A DNA stretch of 56,184 nucleotides, filler included, from Platydemus manokwari (Eukaryota), in NCBI GenBank assembly GCA_037951405.1. It is 5 parts of 5 records of this genome, joined end to end, with 100 filler letters (N's around TTAATTAATTAA, not from the genome) between each part and the next. Parts side by side here need not be neighbours in the genome. Positions count along the whole stretch, not along the records: positions 41,847 to 56,184 come from JBBMOY011481418.1; 4 more parts are not named here. One strand, 5' to 3'. A program made the translations under genes and the position numbers. A model generated the notes under the pieces. The model saw nothing but the letters and a program-made list of their open reading frames with translations. It had not been told where the DNA came from and searched no databases. Shown one piece after another: positions 41,747 through 53,500 of this stretch (position 1 is its first letter; each line of letters begins with the position of its first letter).

Positions 41747-41846
41747 NNNNNNNNNNNNNNNNNNNNNNNNNNNNNNNNNNNNNNNNNNNNTTAATTAATT
41801 AANNNNNNNNNNNNNNNNNNNNNNNNNNNNNNNNNNNNNNNNNNNN
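41747..41846. other. Artificial contig linker N44-TTAATTAATTAA-N44
   Basis: Same 100-bp construct. Confidence 0.98.
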
Positions 41847-44800
41847 ATAATTCAATATTATTTACAAATCATTTTTCTATCAACTACTTAAATTAATTGC
41901 AACCTTTCTTTCCATCAATGACCGTCAGACAGTAAGTAGATTTCATTTATTTTTAAAATAATACCGAATAGTCTCGACATCTAAAAGGATTTTTTTTCAC
42001 TTTTGCTGTTTATTTTTTTTAAAAAATAATTTTTGCAAGTCGTGATAAAAATAATATGAAAAAAAAGGTAATTTGTAAGTAATTACTTGCTAACAACTTA
42101 ATAATCGAATCAGAATCATATTGTATAGGTAATATTATTCAAGTACCTTACGTGATCTTCTGTATTCGAATCGAATATTCATTATTAGTTTCAATCGACA
42201 GTGTCATTCTATTTAATGGAGATCTTTGATATTTCATTAGAGATGAAAATTCTTTTTGAAATATAGCACAGGAAACAAGAGATATATATTTATTCCCGGA
42301 TTATGGTGGATAAATTGAAATCTTAATCATATATCACTGTTGGTCCGGAGTAGGAAATGAAAGATACGATGAGAAAGTCATTGAACTATTAAAGCTATTC
42401 CCGATAATTTCTATCAATCCACTCCGACAATCTCATTCCCAAAAATAGTCTCGATATCAGTCAACAACTTTGCAACAAGCGTGACAAGTCAAAACCAAGC
42501 AGATTTTTAAAATTTTGAGTTTTATTTTTGAAGCGAATATTGGTCAGATTTTTCATTCTAGAGATCAGTTTGAATATTTATCTCAAATATTAAAAACAAT
42601 ATCTCATTTATTCGCTTTTCACTAACTTAGTACCGTTACCAATATTTTATTCATTATGATCGAGCTATCCTAATTCTTTCAAATCCAATACTATCGCCAA
42701 CACTTGTTCTGGAGAATATAATATTTCAAGTAAAGACCTTTTCTATCACGCTCTCGACATTATATTTATTGAGACTTCTGACCACAGAACACTCAATGAA
42801 TTTTTATGATTATACGATATTTATTTATACATGAAAAACGAAATATGACAACGAATATCTATAATGAATATATAATGAATATGATATGAATATGATCAGC
42901 ACTTTACCAGTGCTCTAATAGCTTACTTTTATAACTTAATCTGTCTAAAACAGCAATTCACATTTGTGTTCGATTTTTCTGAAATTTTTTTCATTTTGGT
43001 TTAATTTTTGCGCTGGCATCTCTGAGTTGATATAAATGTGGTTTACATGAAGAATTCTTCAATAATTGCTCGATATTTATCAATATCAAAATCTTATTTG
43101 TTCGATATTTTCAAAAATTTGACATTTTCGGGGGTTCTTCTAATGAGGGTTCTTCATTTTCCATGCTAACAGCTTCATATCCATCACTCTTATCTTTATA
43201 ATTTTTTGAAATAAGATCCTACTTAAACTTTCTTTATCAGAAACCAGTTTTAAAAATAAGTTTATTTCTCAATAATCTGGATTCCACATAAATTTATGAA
43301 ATGATATCATTTTATTGATTTGTTTGGTGAATGTTCCTTTTAATTTTATGTTTAAATAAGGAATATATTTAACATTTACAAAACACAGTCATCGACCTGC
43401 AATCGAGGTTGTTGATGTCTCTTAACAATGGGTCTGAACTTTAGAATAGCTATTTTCAATGACCTCAACGTATTTTCAGAAGATCTTATTAAATAATCTA
43501 TCCACACACACCATCACACACGTATATATATATATATATATCACATGTAGATATAATAAAGGTTTTTAACGACAATTCTACTTTTTGACCTTCTTATTGA
43601 CTTCCTGTCATATATTTAAATTAAGAATTCATGTTTAAAGAATTGCTCATCGGTTACTGTCACTTTCGAATTAATCTAAAGATTGTGAGCTCATGTCAAC
43701 CAATGACATCAAGAACTAATTATTGCAGAATCTTACCAAGAGAAAACATCGATAAAATTGTGTATGTAACTAATTATATGTTGTTATTATTCTTCGACAA
43801 ATTCTCGGCAACTAGAACAGATTCTGTTTAGCATATTGTTTAAATTGACTGGAATACGAAATACAATGATTGAATCAATTGATCGCGACCAAACAAAATG
43901 TGCATTTTGTTTGAATTATATAATAAGCAAATTTAATAAATTGGTAAAATCCAGATATTATCTGGGGATAAATAACTATTAAAGTGATCTTTTATTTGGA
44001 AGACTGCAGTGAGATTCAATTCGAGTTTTAACCTCATTTTTAAGCTAACATCGATAATTTCCTTTCTCAAAATCAATATTGCTCTTAAAACTATCATCAA
44101 AAAATACCCATAAATATCGACAATGCTGTTTCTCATTAATTTTCATCTGATAATAATTCTTTTTCGAAATTCAAGTCCAATCATATCAATAAATAACAAA
44201 ACAATATTTAGAAATGACATTTTTAGAAATATCAGATTATCTTACTTGTTTTCTTTTTTTTAATCAAAACTCGATGTGAAAATGGAATTTCTTTATGAAA
44301 CAAAATGAAAGCAAATTATCAATTTCAGAAAAAAATATTAATTATTTTATTTTTTCACGATAACCAATTGAAATCGGTATTCGAATTTTGATGTGTTTGA
44401 AACACCAATAAGAGTTTCTGATATTTTTATAATGGTTTGAGAGATATTCTTTGTCATCTTTTTCGTTTGTCGTGTGCATATTTTTGCCAATGAATTGCAA
44501 TGAAAGTGAAATTTATCAGTTTAAAGAAAATTATTGGAAATTCTCAAAGATCCTATTGGTAATAACGTAATGGAACCATGGAAACAAGTTCGATATTCAA
44601 TAATATGTAGACATATTAAATTTTCTTGATAATATAATGATGGTTTATCGATTTTAATATGATGAGATTTTTTAAAACATTTAAAGAAGTTATCAAAATA
44701 TTTTAAAATTATTTAAATAATCTTTCGTGGACAGCTATTACTGAATCCATTTAAAATATTCAATCGATATTTGGGGTACAAATGGTGATAACATTGAGTG

Positions 44801-46414
44801 ATATGTGTAATGAATGGCATAGAATTTTATGTAAATCACATAAGTAAAAGATAAAATAAAATGAGGATGAGTTAATGATTCTCAACATTAGTTTTCATGA
44901 CAACCAATCAATATTATGATTCGCTGAGATAATCTAGTATCAAGACATTAATAAAATAAAAAGAAAATTAAAATCGAATGATTCAGGATCATTCAATTCA
45001 TTGTCTTATTTGTAAATGAGTCAAGGACATGATTTTAATTCGTGAAGGCATGTAGTAAGATTTCGATAGGCTATATTTTATTCTATTGAGTTGATGAATT
45101 GGGAGATATTTATTTATAATAATTATTGATTGATTGCACCACCATCAAACAAAACTTGATTAGATAGCTTGGCAATTTTATTCAAGATTTATAGACCTTT
45201 GATATATGACTAACATTTGTTGGTATATATATGATAATGATTCCAAGATTATGTTGCAGTGACAGAATCGTGTCAACTTATTTCGTATGCAGTAATGAGT
45301 CGAGAAAGTAGATGTTCACAGATCATGTCCAAAATCCAAAGCCACGATCATTAGTGACTGGCTTTATCACTTGCAATAATTTTGTCCGAGCTTCCAAAAA
45401 GGTTATTAGATTGCTGATCGACTTACTGTTGAACGGAATAAAAGACAGAAATACCGAATTCAAAATATTAGATTTTATTATGATTTTATTCGGGATACAA
45501 CATTTCTTAGGCAAATTCATGGAACACGTTACTGTAATTGTATTTCATTCCATCTCTCATAATAGATGATTATTTATAAATCTTTACTTCAAAAAGTCTA
45601 ATCTCTTAATATATTTAGTCAAAATCATACCTTTTATCAGATCAATAAAGGTGAAAAATATACGATAGTATATCAACAATGATTGTGGAGAAGTAACACA
45701 TGTTTTCTTCGACGTACATGGATCTCTTTAGCATTTTCATCTTTCCATTACAGACCAATAAATCACTGTCTTCATTGTAATTGATGAGATTTATGCTATA
45801 TTTACTTTGTAAATGTAAAACATGAATGACAGCCGTCAAGATCCTTATTTTGAATATTGATTTAAGAATTCGAAACTCGGCGAATTTTCTCAATATTGGC
45901 GCAGGACATCTCGATCATTTATCATATTAAACACTGATAGAAATATGTGTACGTGCGTATCTATTTATAGAGAGATAAAATATATCGGAATAGAAACTGT
46001 GTTTATATTTTATTTTCAAACATTTCCTTTTAGAGCTTACTGGTCAAAATTAAAATGAAGTAACTCGGACTGATAATAGTTCTATATTACTCTTATACTT
46101 TATTTGTTTCATTTATTTTATTTATTTAAATCCATTACACACTCTTTAAATCATATTTATATAAATCTGTCTTTATTACTCTATTTTATTTCATTAAAAA
46201 ATCTGTCATTTGTTTCATTTTTATCTTACTTATAATCAATATTTTCAAGGAGAAAATAAAAAATTCTAATTTTATTATTGTTACAAATAAGTCGTTTTAC
46301 ACTTAATAATTTATTTAATGCAATAACGATGTTATATACATCATTTTATTATTGGATATGTAATAATGTCTTGGGAGGTTTATTGGATTGTAGCAACTGA
46401 CAAATGCGCAATCA

Positions 46415-46809
46415 CTAATCAACATGCAAACAACATACACACATCATGCATACGACATCCACCTTTCCATTTACGAATCTCCCTTACAATTATATATTTC
46501 TTTTTTATTAAATTCTAAGAGTCATTAGTGTTTCTAAGTTTATTTTTACAGGCAGTGGTGCCCTAATGGCCTACTTCTAAATAAAAAAATAAAATAAAAC
46601 AAGATAAAAGACGTAATACATGATATTCCAATGTTTAATAACATAGATAGCACATCGTGGATTTTTACAGCGAGGGCATAAATGGGTTGACAGGAAATAC
46701 TGGTCTCTTCTTCATTATTTTCTGCAATTATAACACTGGAAATCACAAGAACAAACACAGCAAAAAAACACAACACAATCTATGAAATCACAAGAGATAT
46801 AAATGCCAT
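46415..46809 (-). pseudogene. Disrupted multi-exon secreted cysteine-rich (defensin-like) peptide gene
   Basis: Signal-like IVLCFFAVFVLVISSVIIA plus acidic ENNEE. Phase-consistent GT-AG introns lie at 46619-46577 and 46549-46483 around a 27-nt exon. The spliced product is LCPRCKNPRCAIYVIKHWNIISRPLGHHCLEIRKWKGGCRMHDVC. At least one frameshift is needed. Confidence 0.5.
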
Positions 46810-46971
46810 CTATGATTAATAACTATTTAAAATGTATTTTAATATTTTAATATTTTTAAATTGGTGTTTGTGGTGCTAATGGTGATTGATTGATTAAAAC
46901 TATCATCATAACTCATTTCATTTTATTTTTATTATTTCAGAATAGCATAAAATAATATATTTTTTTAAAAA

Positions 46972-47382
46972 ATGCCCGAATATAAGTGTGAAATTTGTGA
47001 TTTATCTTATAAGACTGTTCAAGCTTTAAAAACACAAGAAAAATCGAAAAAACATATTGATTATGTGAATGAAGTATGAATAAATGTGAATGTGTAGGAG
47101 GTTTTCTGATAAGTAATTATGTTCATGAAGATATTAATTAGTATTAAGAACAAACGGGTTCAAAAATCAATAATTAATAAGCATATGATCATGGATTTAT
47201 TTAAAGAATGTTTATTCAATAATCAAGATAATCATCGAGATGTTATAAGAATTGGTTCTGATAAACATGACATATCGGTAGTGAAAACAAATAAATTAGC
47301 TTTATTTAATTTCGATCAGAAGATATTTATTCGTGAGGATGGAATAAATAAAAGAGCTTTTAAAAGTAAAATAATTTATTAA
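46972..47382 (+). mobile_element. Polinton/Maverick remnant: zinc-finger N-terminus fused by deletion to the protein-primed PolB C-terminus
   Basis: 46972-47079 MPEYKCEICDLSYK...SKKH is C2H2/U1-like. 47119-47382 KNKRVQKSII...FKECLF...IGSDKHDI...NKLALFNFDQKIFIREDGIN matches the Polinton PolB end (KGVKK..YKECLF..RS..H..K.AL..DDKR..DGI). Confidence 0.75.
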
Positions 47383-48337
47383 ATAATTAAAATGATTTAA
47401 AATTTTAATTAATTAAAATTTTTAAAAGAATTTGACCCCGTTAAAATGGAATCAATATCAAATGACTCTGGGCTAATAGTTTTCATAATAAAGATTTTAT
47501 AAATATTGAGTTGGTACATGAAATCGTGTGGTTTTATTTGTTGCAAAGTAAACATTTCAACTTGTTGTTTTAACTGATTTAAGATATTTTCATTGAGCTG
47601 AATTATCTATTTATATCATTTTAGATTTTCGCTTTCATTACCCTCATTAAAATTGAGATAAAAACGAACATTTCCGGCATTTACTCCTTTTCTATTTTAA
47701 TCAATATTTAAACCCCGCAGAAGCTACCCCAATTTGTGCACCATCCCAATAATTCAATTAAAGAAACAATTTGAAACTGGGAGTGAAAAGGATAAAACTC
47801 TATTAAACATCATAGCAAATCAATGACTGATCCAAATAAATATTCGATTATTCCGCCATCTAAATAAATTAAGTTACCTTCTTTAACATAAGGAGAAACA
47901 GTAAAAATGAATGGAATTTAGTTTTATAATTTTAATTCGGTCTGTAATACGGCTTCTGATGCATTAAAACGTGGGACTTTTAGAGGAATAAACTCCAAAG
48001 AATTTCCAGTATGTGAAGATAATGATAATGTTCCACCAGGAGTAGTTATTAGTAATAAAATATGTATAACTAATCGATTATTATGCTATGTTTTCATAGA
48101 ATGTTATTGTAATCTTAGAAAAAAGAATACTTTTTTCCACGTTCAAAATTAATTGATGAGAATTATGAGTGAGTTGCTGTAATGCTAAATTTTTAAAAAA
48201 ATTTTTCTATTTTTTCTTTACAATTTATATTAATGTTGCAATTTTTCAATGCATTGATTTTCATATATATATAATAATTTTACTTTCCATTAATTAATAA
48301 TGATTTTGTCAATGGAGAAAACCATTGGCAAAAAAAT

Positions 48338-48400
48338 TGCCGCCAACCGGGTTCGAATCAGTGACATTTAGAATTCAGTCTAAAATTCTCACAATTAAAA
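48338..48400 (-). tRNA. tRNA-Phe(GAA) pseudogene, 5'-truncated (nt ~10-73), followed by T7 Pol III terminator
   Basis: Minus strand TTTTAATTGTGAGAATTTTAGACTGAATTCTAAATGTCACTGATTCGAACCCGGTTGGCGGCA-ATTTTTTT aligns to eukaryotic tRNA-Phe. The TTAGA/TCTAA anticodon stem is perfect, with GAA anticodon and TTCGA T-loop. The 5' acceptor strand (expected GCCGCCA) is absent. Confidence 0.8.
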
Positions 48401-49650
48401 CGTTTATTTCCATAACAAAATATTTTGACATTTTCTGGAACCTTCCTCAGAGTATTAGCAGCTTGGCTTGTTGAAAATTTTGATAGTTGAAGAGTGATTC
48501 TCCATTTCGCAGTTTTATCGCTCTCCAACATCAAAATTGCTCTGGTTCTGATTCCACACCCTTATCCTTTCATTATCTTCTATAACTTCGTCTCACTGCA
48601 TCATCGGCTTCCTTCATATCGATAATGACTCCACTTTGATGGTAATGCCGTATCCTTGCTGAGTGTCGGATATTGGGCCTTGATAGGTCTCTTGCCATGT
48701 TGTCCACCTCTGTTTCGGCAACTCCCATTTTAAGCAATGTTGCAATTGTACTTTGTGGAATTGATCCGAATGACCCGATGATAACTGTCAGGATACTAAT
48801 TGAGTAGCCCGGTTTGTTTTGTTTGATCCGTTCTCTAAGTGTAGTATAGTGTTCTTGATTTCTGGTGTTGGCATTGTCCAATAGTTCTTCTATGTCAAGA
48901 GGGCACTTGATGTCGGCTAGGTAAATTGATTTTTTGATCGGATCCTCGATGTAAAGGTCAAATCTCAGTTTGGAGACTTCGTCACACTTGAGTAGATATG
49001 GAATAGTCTCGTTGACATTGATTATTTTTTGTTGAGATTCGATTTCTTCATAGATAATTTGCAGGGATGCTTTATGCCGCTGGACTACAAGTGTCAGGCA
49101 AGGGACACATGATTGGAGAACATGCACCAGAGTTTGTTCTGCAGCATTGCACCTTCTACATTTCCTTTTTACTGGATCCTTTTCGAAAACTCTCTCATTG
49201 ACTGGTAAAATACTTAACCTCGCTCGATGAATGAATTGCCGTGAATAATTTCCAATGAATCCGTTAAATATTATTGGATTACATTTAATGTTTGTCGAAA
49301 TGACTTTTGCCAGGTAGCTTGAAGCTTTTCTTTATAGCCATTTTTCTGGGACAAGTCTCGTGTGGATTTGTGTATTATTCTTGTAGCTTTATTTTTGTCT
49401 TTGATTTTAGTATTGAAGCATTTAATATCGATTTGAATTGAATAATTGGGTGGAATTCTTCATTAATGTGATGTATTGATTTATATTTGATTATTTTAAA
49501 CTGATCTTGCACGGAATATGTTATTTTCCCTTGCTCGTTTCGGTACTGACAACCATTCACATATCAGTTGATCTGATGTCCACTAGGCTCTGAAGATGGA
49601 CTGGTGTTGGTATTTAATTTTGTCTTTAAGTCCTTTACAGACAGAAATTA
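48401..49650 (-). mobile_element. 5'-truncated RLE-type non-LTR retrotransposon (NeSL/Utopia/R5-like): CCHC zinc knuckle + restriction-like endonuclease + 3' UTR
   Basis: Open frame 49331-48573 reads RQFIHRARLSILPVN...CRRCNAAEQTLVHVLQSC...RH...LRFDL...LADIKCP...IIGSFG. A ~170-nt 3' UTR ends in AATAAA (48408-48403). The 5' boundary is approximate. Confidence 0.88.
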
Positions 49651-49849
49651 TTTGTTAAAATTTTAAACTTTCAGTCTTGTTCCAATGGTTTATCTCCTAA
49701 TCAAGCGTTAAAGTATTACGCGTACACGACCAATACAAACAAATCGGTTCATTGACCGAAACCCAAAAAATTATTTATTGGAAAATTATTGATCATAAAT
49801 TTAAAATCCCTACAATCGCATGGATAACCTTCTCTGACCAACAAGTTAA

Positions 49850-50500
49850 AAAGCATCAAAACATTCTGTTTTTTACATTTTATTTGAAAACCTGGCCATC
49901 TAAGACATAAATCGTAACCAAACTATTTGTGAATGAGTAGGTTTTAAGACATCCCAATTTGTTTACAAAATGATACTAAGTTGCTTATCTGGTACCAGAT
50001 GGTCCTTTGAGTAAATTTAATTATGCCATAGAATTAAAGCCAAAATGAATTTTTAAATAAATTTACAAATCAAATTCATCCGAACAGTAGATTGAAACGA
50101 ATTACGATATTTCTTGCAGTAAAGAACGACAAAATGTTTAGCAAATTAAATGAAAAGGAATTTATAAATAAATAACGACAAATTACCAGTTTGGATTCTC
50201 AAAACAACTACTGATGAGAATTATATTGTGATTCTTGAAACCAAAACCACAAAAGCGAATATCACGTGAAAAATAGTTATATTGTATATCGGTGTGAAGG
50301 AGATACTTATTAAGAAAATATCACGTAATTTTCAGGCGCGTAGCGATGAAGAAGAGGATTTGCTCTATAAAAAACCTAGTTATTATCATCAGCATGTATA
50401 AGATAAATTAACTGTTTGTCTAAGGATTAAAATGAGAGAAAAGGAGCCAATTTGTAAACCAGAAACTAGTTATCTAAAATATCAATATCGATGATCATAT
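49850..50500 (+). mobile_element. Penelope-like element remnant (RT thumb + GIY-YIG)
   Basis: NNDKLP.LD (~ExNxKLPFLD) at ~50170-50197 and IVYRCEGDTY*...RNFQAR..E (~VY..C..YIG.T.R.L..R..EH) at ~50281-50350. Confidence 0.45.
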
Positions 50501-53500
50501 ATATTATTGTGGTTATGATCTATACGTTGTATCTGTATATTTTGTTTTAAAACTTTCCAAAAGTACCTTAACTCTATTATCACTGTGATTTGTTATGATT
50601 TTAATTCAGTGATGACGAATTAGTTTGAATTTACTTGTTGAAAAGCTTTATTGAGATTCTTAATTAGAGCTAAACTTTTAAAATATTATAAAATTCTGAA
50701 GTTAATTAATGAAATTGACCTATACTCAAATAATAGTTGCTGAAAATATACATTTAATGATATCATCTATTGCATAATTACTGTTAAAAGGATATATTTT
50801 GCAAATGAAATGCGAATATCGCGTTATCTCTTAAAAATATTACTTCGCATTATGCCGATTGAAATTGATGAATAAAGGAAACGAGTTTCAACTAAGCAAG
50901 CCTGCACTTCTCAGTTTAACTAATTTTGTAGTGGATTTGGTGGATTGATTCTGCAAATGTCTTTTCGATATTGTTCTAATAGATTACAAATATACCATTT
51001 GTTGTTTTTAAAGGTTTTGATTGGATTTTATGAAGGCGTTTATTTGTAAGGAAAATACGACCTGTTAGGTAAATGTAATAGGATATTTAATTAATTAAAA
51101 ATAAAATAAAGTAGCTCATATTTATAATAAATATTATAACCATAATAATAATCATTATAACCATAAATATAATGTCGGTGATTGTTGGCACAAACTCAAG
51201 ATAGAAATGCTTGTATTTTGAGAAACTTTTAAAGCAGAATACATAAATACAACGTTTAAAACTAAAGTCGATAATTCAAATGATCATCGGCACAGTTAAT
51301 TAATGCACGCACTGGGAACTGATTGAAAAATCAGGACAAAAAATGATATCTTTAACCAACTCTTATTTAAACAATGAAATAATTTTCATTTTATTTTAAA
51401 TTTCCTTTTATAGATAACTATATGTTTCGAACCGAATAGCCTAGCGTTTCATTATATCCATACAAAAAGCACATATTAGCAAATCTGCATCCTAATAATT
51501 ATAGGAAAAACTAAAGATGTGAAACAAATTACAAAAAAATTTAAGCTATCAAAAAATCGTTGAGCACATTGTGAAGATGAAATTAAGAATAAAACAGTCG
51601 ATAAATAAACACTTCTTATTTATTTTTACCCCAATAAAGACTCTGAGTTTATATCTTTAATTGGTCAATCTTATTTAACGTGTATGTATTTTTTAATTCA
51701 TGGAATATATGCATTTGATCCTCAAAAGTATTACCGTGTTTGGTAATTCTTTAATATAAAGGATTTATACAGACGTTCTCGTAAAGAAATCAAGTGCTTC
51801 AGAGGCGTGGCATGAAAAGAATATCGAAATACTAACTTGGGGAACAAAACAATATATAAAAATTGACATTTTCAGACTTTAATAGCGAATGTATACTAAA
51901 TAATTAAGTTAGTTCCTGTATAGTAATGGTAATTGTATTGGAAAAAGATGACCAAGGAATGATTATGTAATCACATATGGATATCAATAAATCAAAAACA
52001 ATGATAAAAGATATTGTAATTTCTCGGGAAGGAATAACTGGACATATATTATTTTGGTCATCATTCCAACGATTATTTGTAAGATGAAAAATTCACAACA
52101 AGAATGAACAGCCGAATAATTACGTTCACGTTAAGAACAAACAATCCGATATGGCTGAATTATTAAGTAGGTTGGATATAAAGATAGTTTTTGATGATAT
52201 TTGTAAATAAGAGTGTTCAAAATTAATCGATATTAGTTGCAATTTTATGTCTTGATCATCACAATAAATGTCCACAGATAGTGAAAACCTAGAAAATTCA
52301 TTGGATGCTGATGTAAAAAGCTTGTCAATTCTATCATTATTTGCTACAGCTTAACTTGGATCTTCAAAAGCTTAATACTTTCAAAAACGGCTCTGTTCTC
52401 TATATATTTTCATCAATTCTTTCGTAATTTACACATTTTGTGTATAAATTTTCATTCCTTCAATTTTGTCATACTTTGTCACTTTATACTTAGTTTGATT
52501 TTATGTCCTGAGGAGGGTTCACAATGCTGCCATTTAACCAAACTAACGTATTCACAGCATTCATATTATTCTACTACTGATTCCCATAAATTATTGATGT
52601 ATTTTTTGCAACCCCCGTACACGTCAAAAATTGCAAGCCATTGATAAAATATACAAAGCCAATTGAAAAATTCGACTAAATATTAATAATCTCGAGATAT
52701 ATCACTGAATTTTCAAAATTTATCTTAAAAATGTTTCATAAGGTTGCTCTACATAGAAGCTATTACTAACAATTGGTTTGATAATATCCTTATATTGATT
52801 AAGATAAGGTATTGAATAATCATTAAGGATCAATCTAGCAATTCTGAATCACGGTATATTGACAAAATCGTGTGATCAAAGCCTGGTCACAATAATTATG
52901 CAAATACTTTTGTAATAAAACACGAATATTTTGCGTTGATTAGCTTTTATTAACGCAAAATAAAAGAAAATCTGGGTGTTAAGATGAAAACATTATGCAA
53001 ACACATATCAAGATAGATAAACATTTGTTTTAACTTTCTCCTTCGTATAAATTACAACTCCAAATCAATACGGTAACATTTTGATCCAATATTTGTGCAC
53101 ATTTATGCAATAATTATAAAATATTGATTATTAATTCTTGATCTAACACAAGAATTGTCAATAAATAATATTCAAATAATGGTTTATTGATTGTATTTCA
53201 TATTCGATGGAAGGAAAATTCCATTTTTATAAAATCCTTCGATTGATTTGAATCCAATCCAATCTACTGGAAATAATAAAACAGAATCCATCGTAAATCG
53301 TTCACCAAATAAAGTTTATCTGCATTCAGTGTTGAAAAATATGAAGTAAAGTTGTGGCTATTTTTTATCTCAAAACATGACAATATTTGCTGCCAACAAT
53401 GATAGCCGTGAAGAAACTTGATATTGTCTAGAAATCGATTTATCAGATCTTCATATTTATTGATGTGGATACAATTCTTGTCAAAGATTTTCACACAATA

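Noticed and set aside
45000-45900. Overlapping short ORFs on both strands
   Set aside because: No recognisable domain, all frames are interrupted, and there is no consistent splice pattern.
50205-50245. CTGATGA-hairpin-TTGAAAC hammerhead-like motif
   Set aside because: There are two extra bases before GAAA and no stem III or cleavage triplet, and it lies within decayed Penelope RT coding sequence; likely chance.
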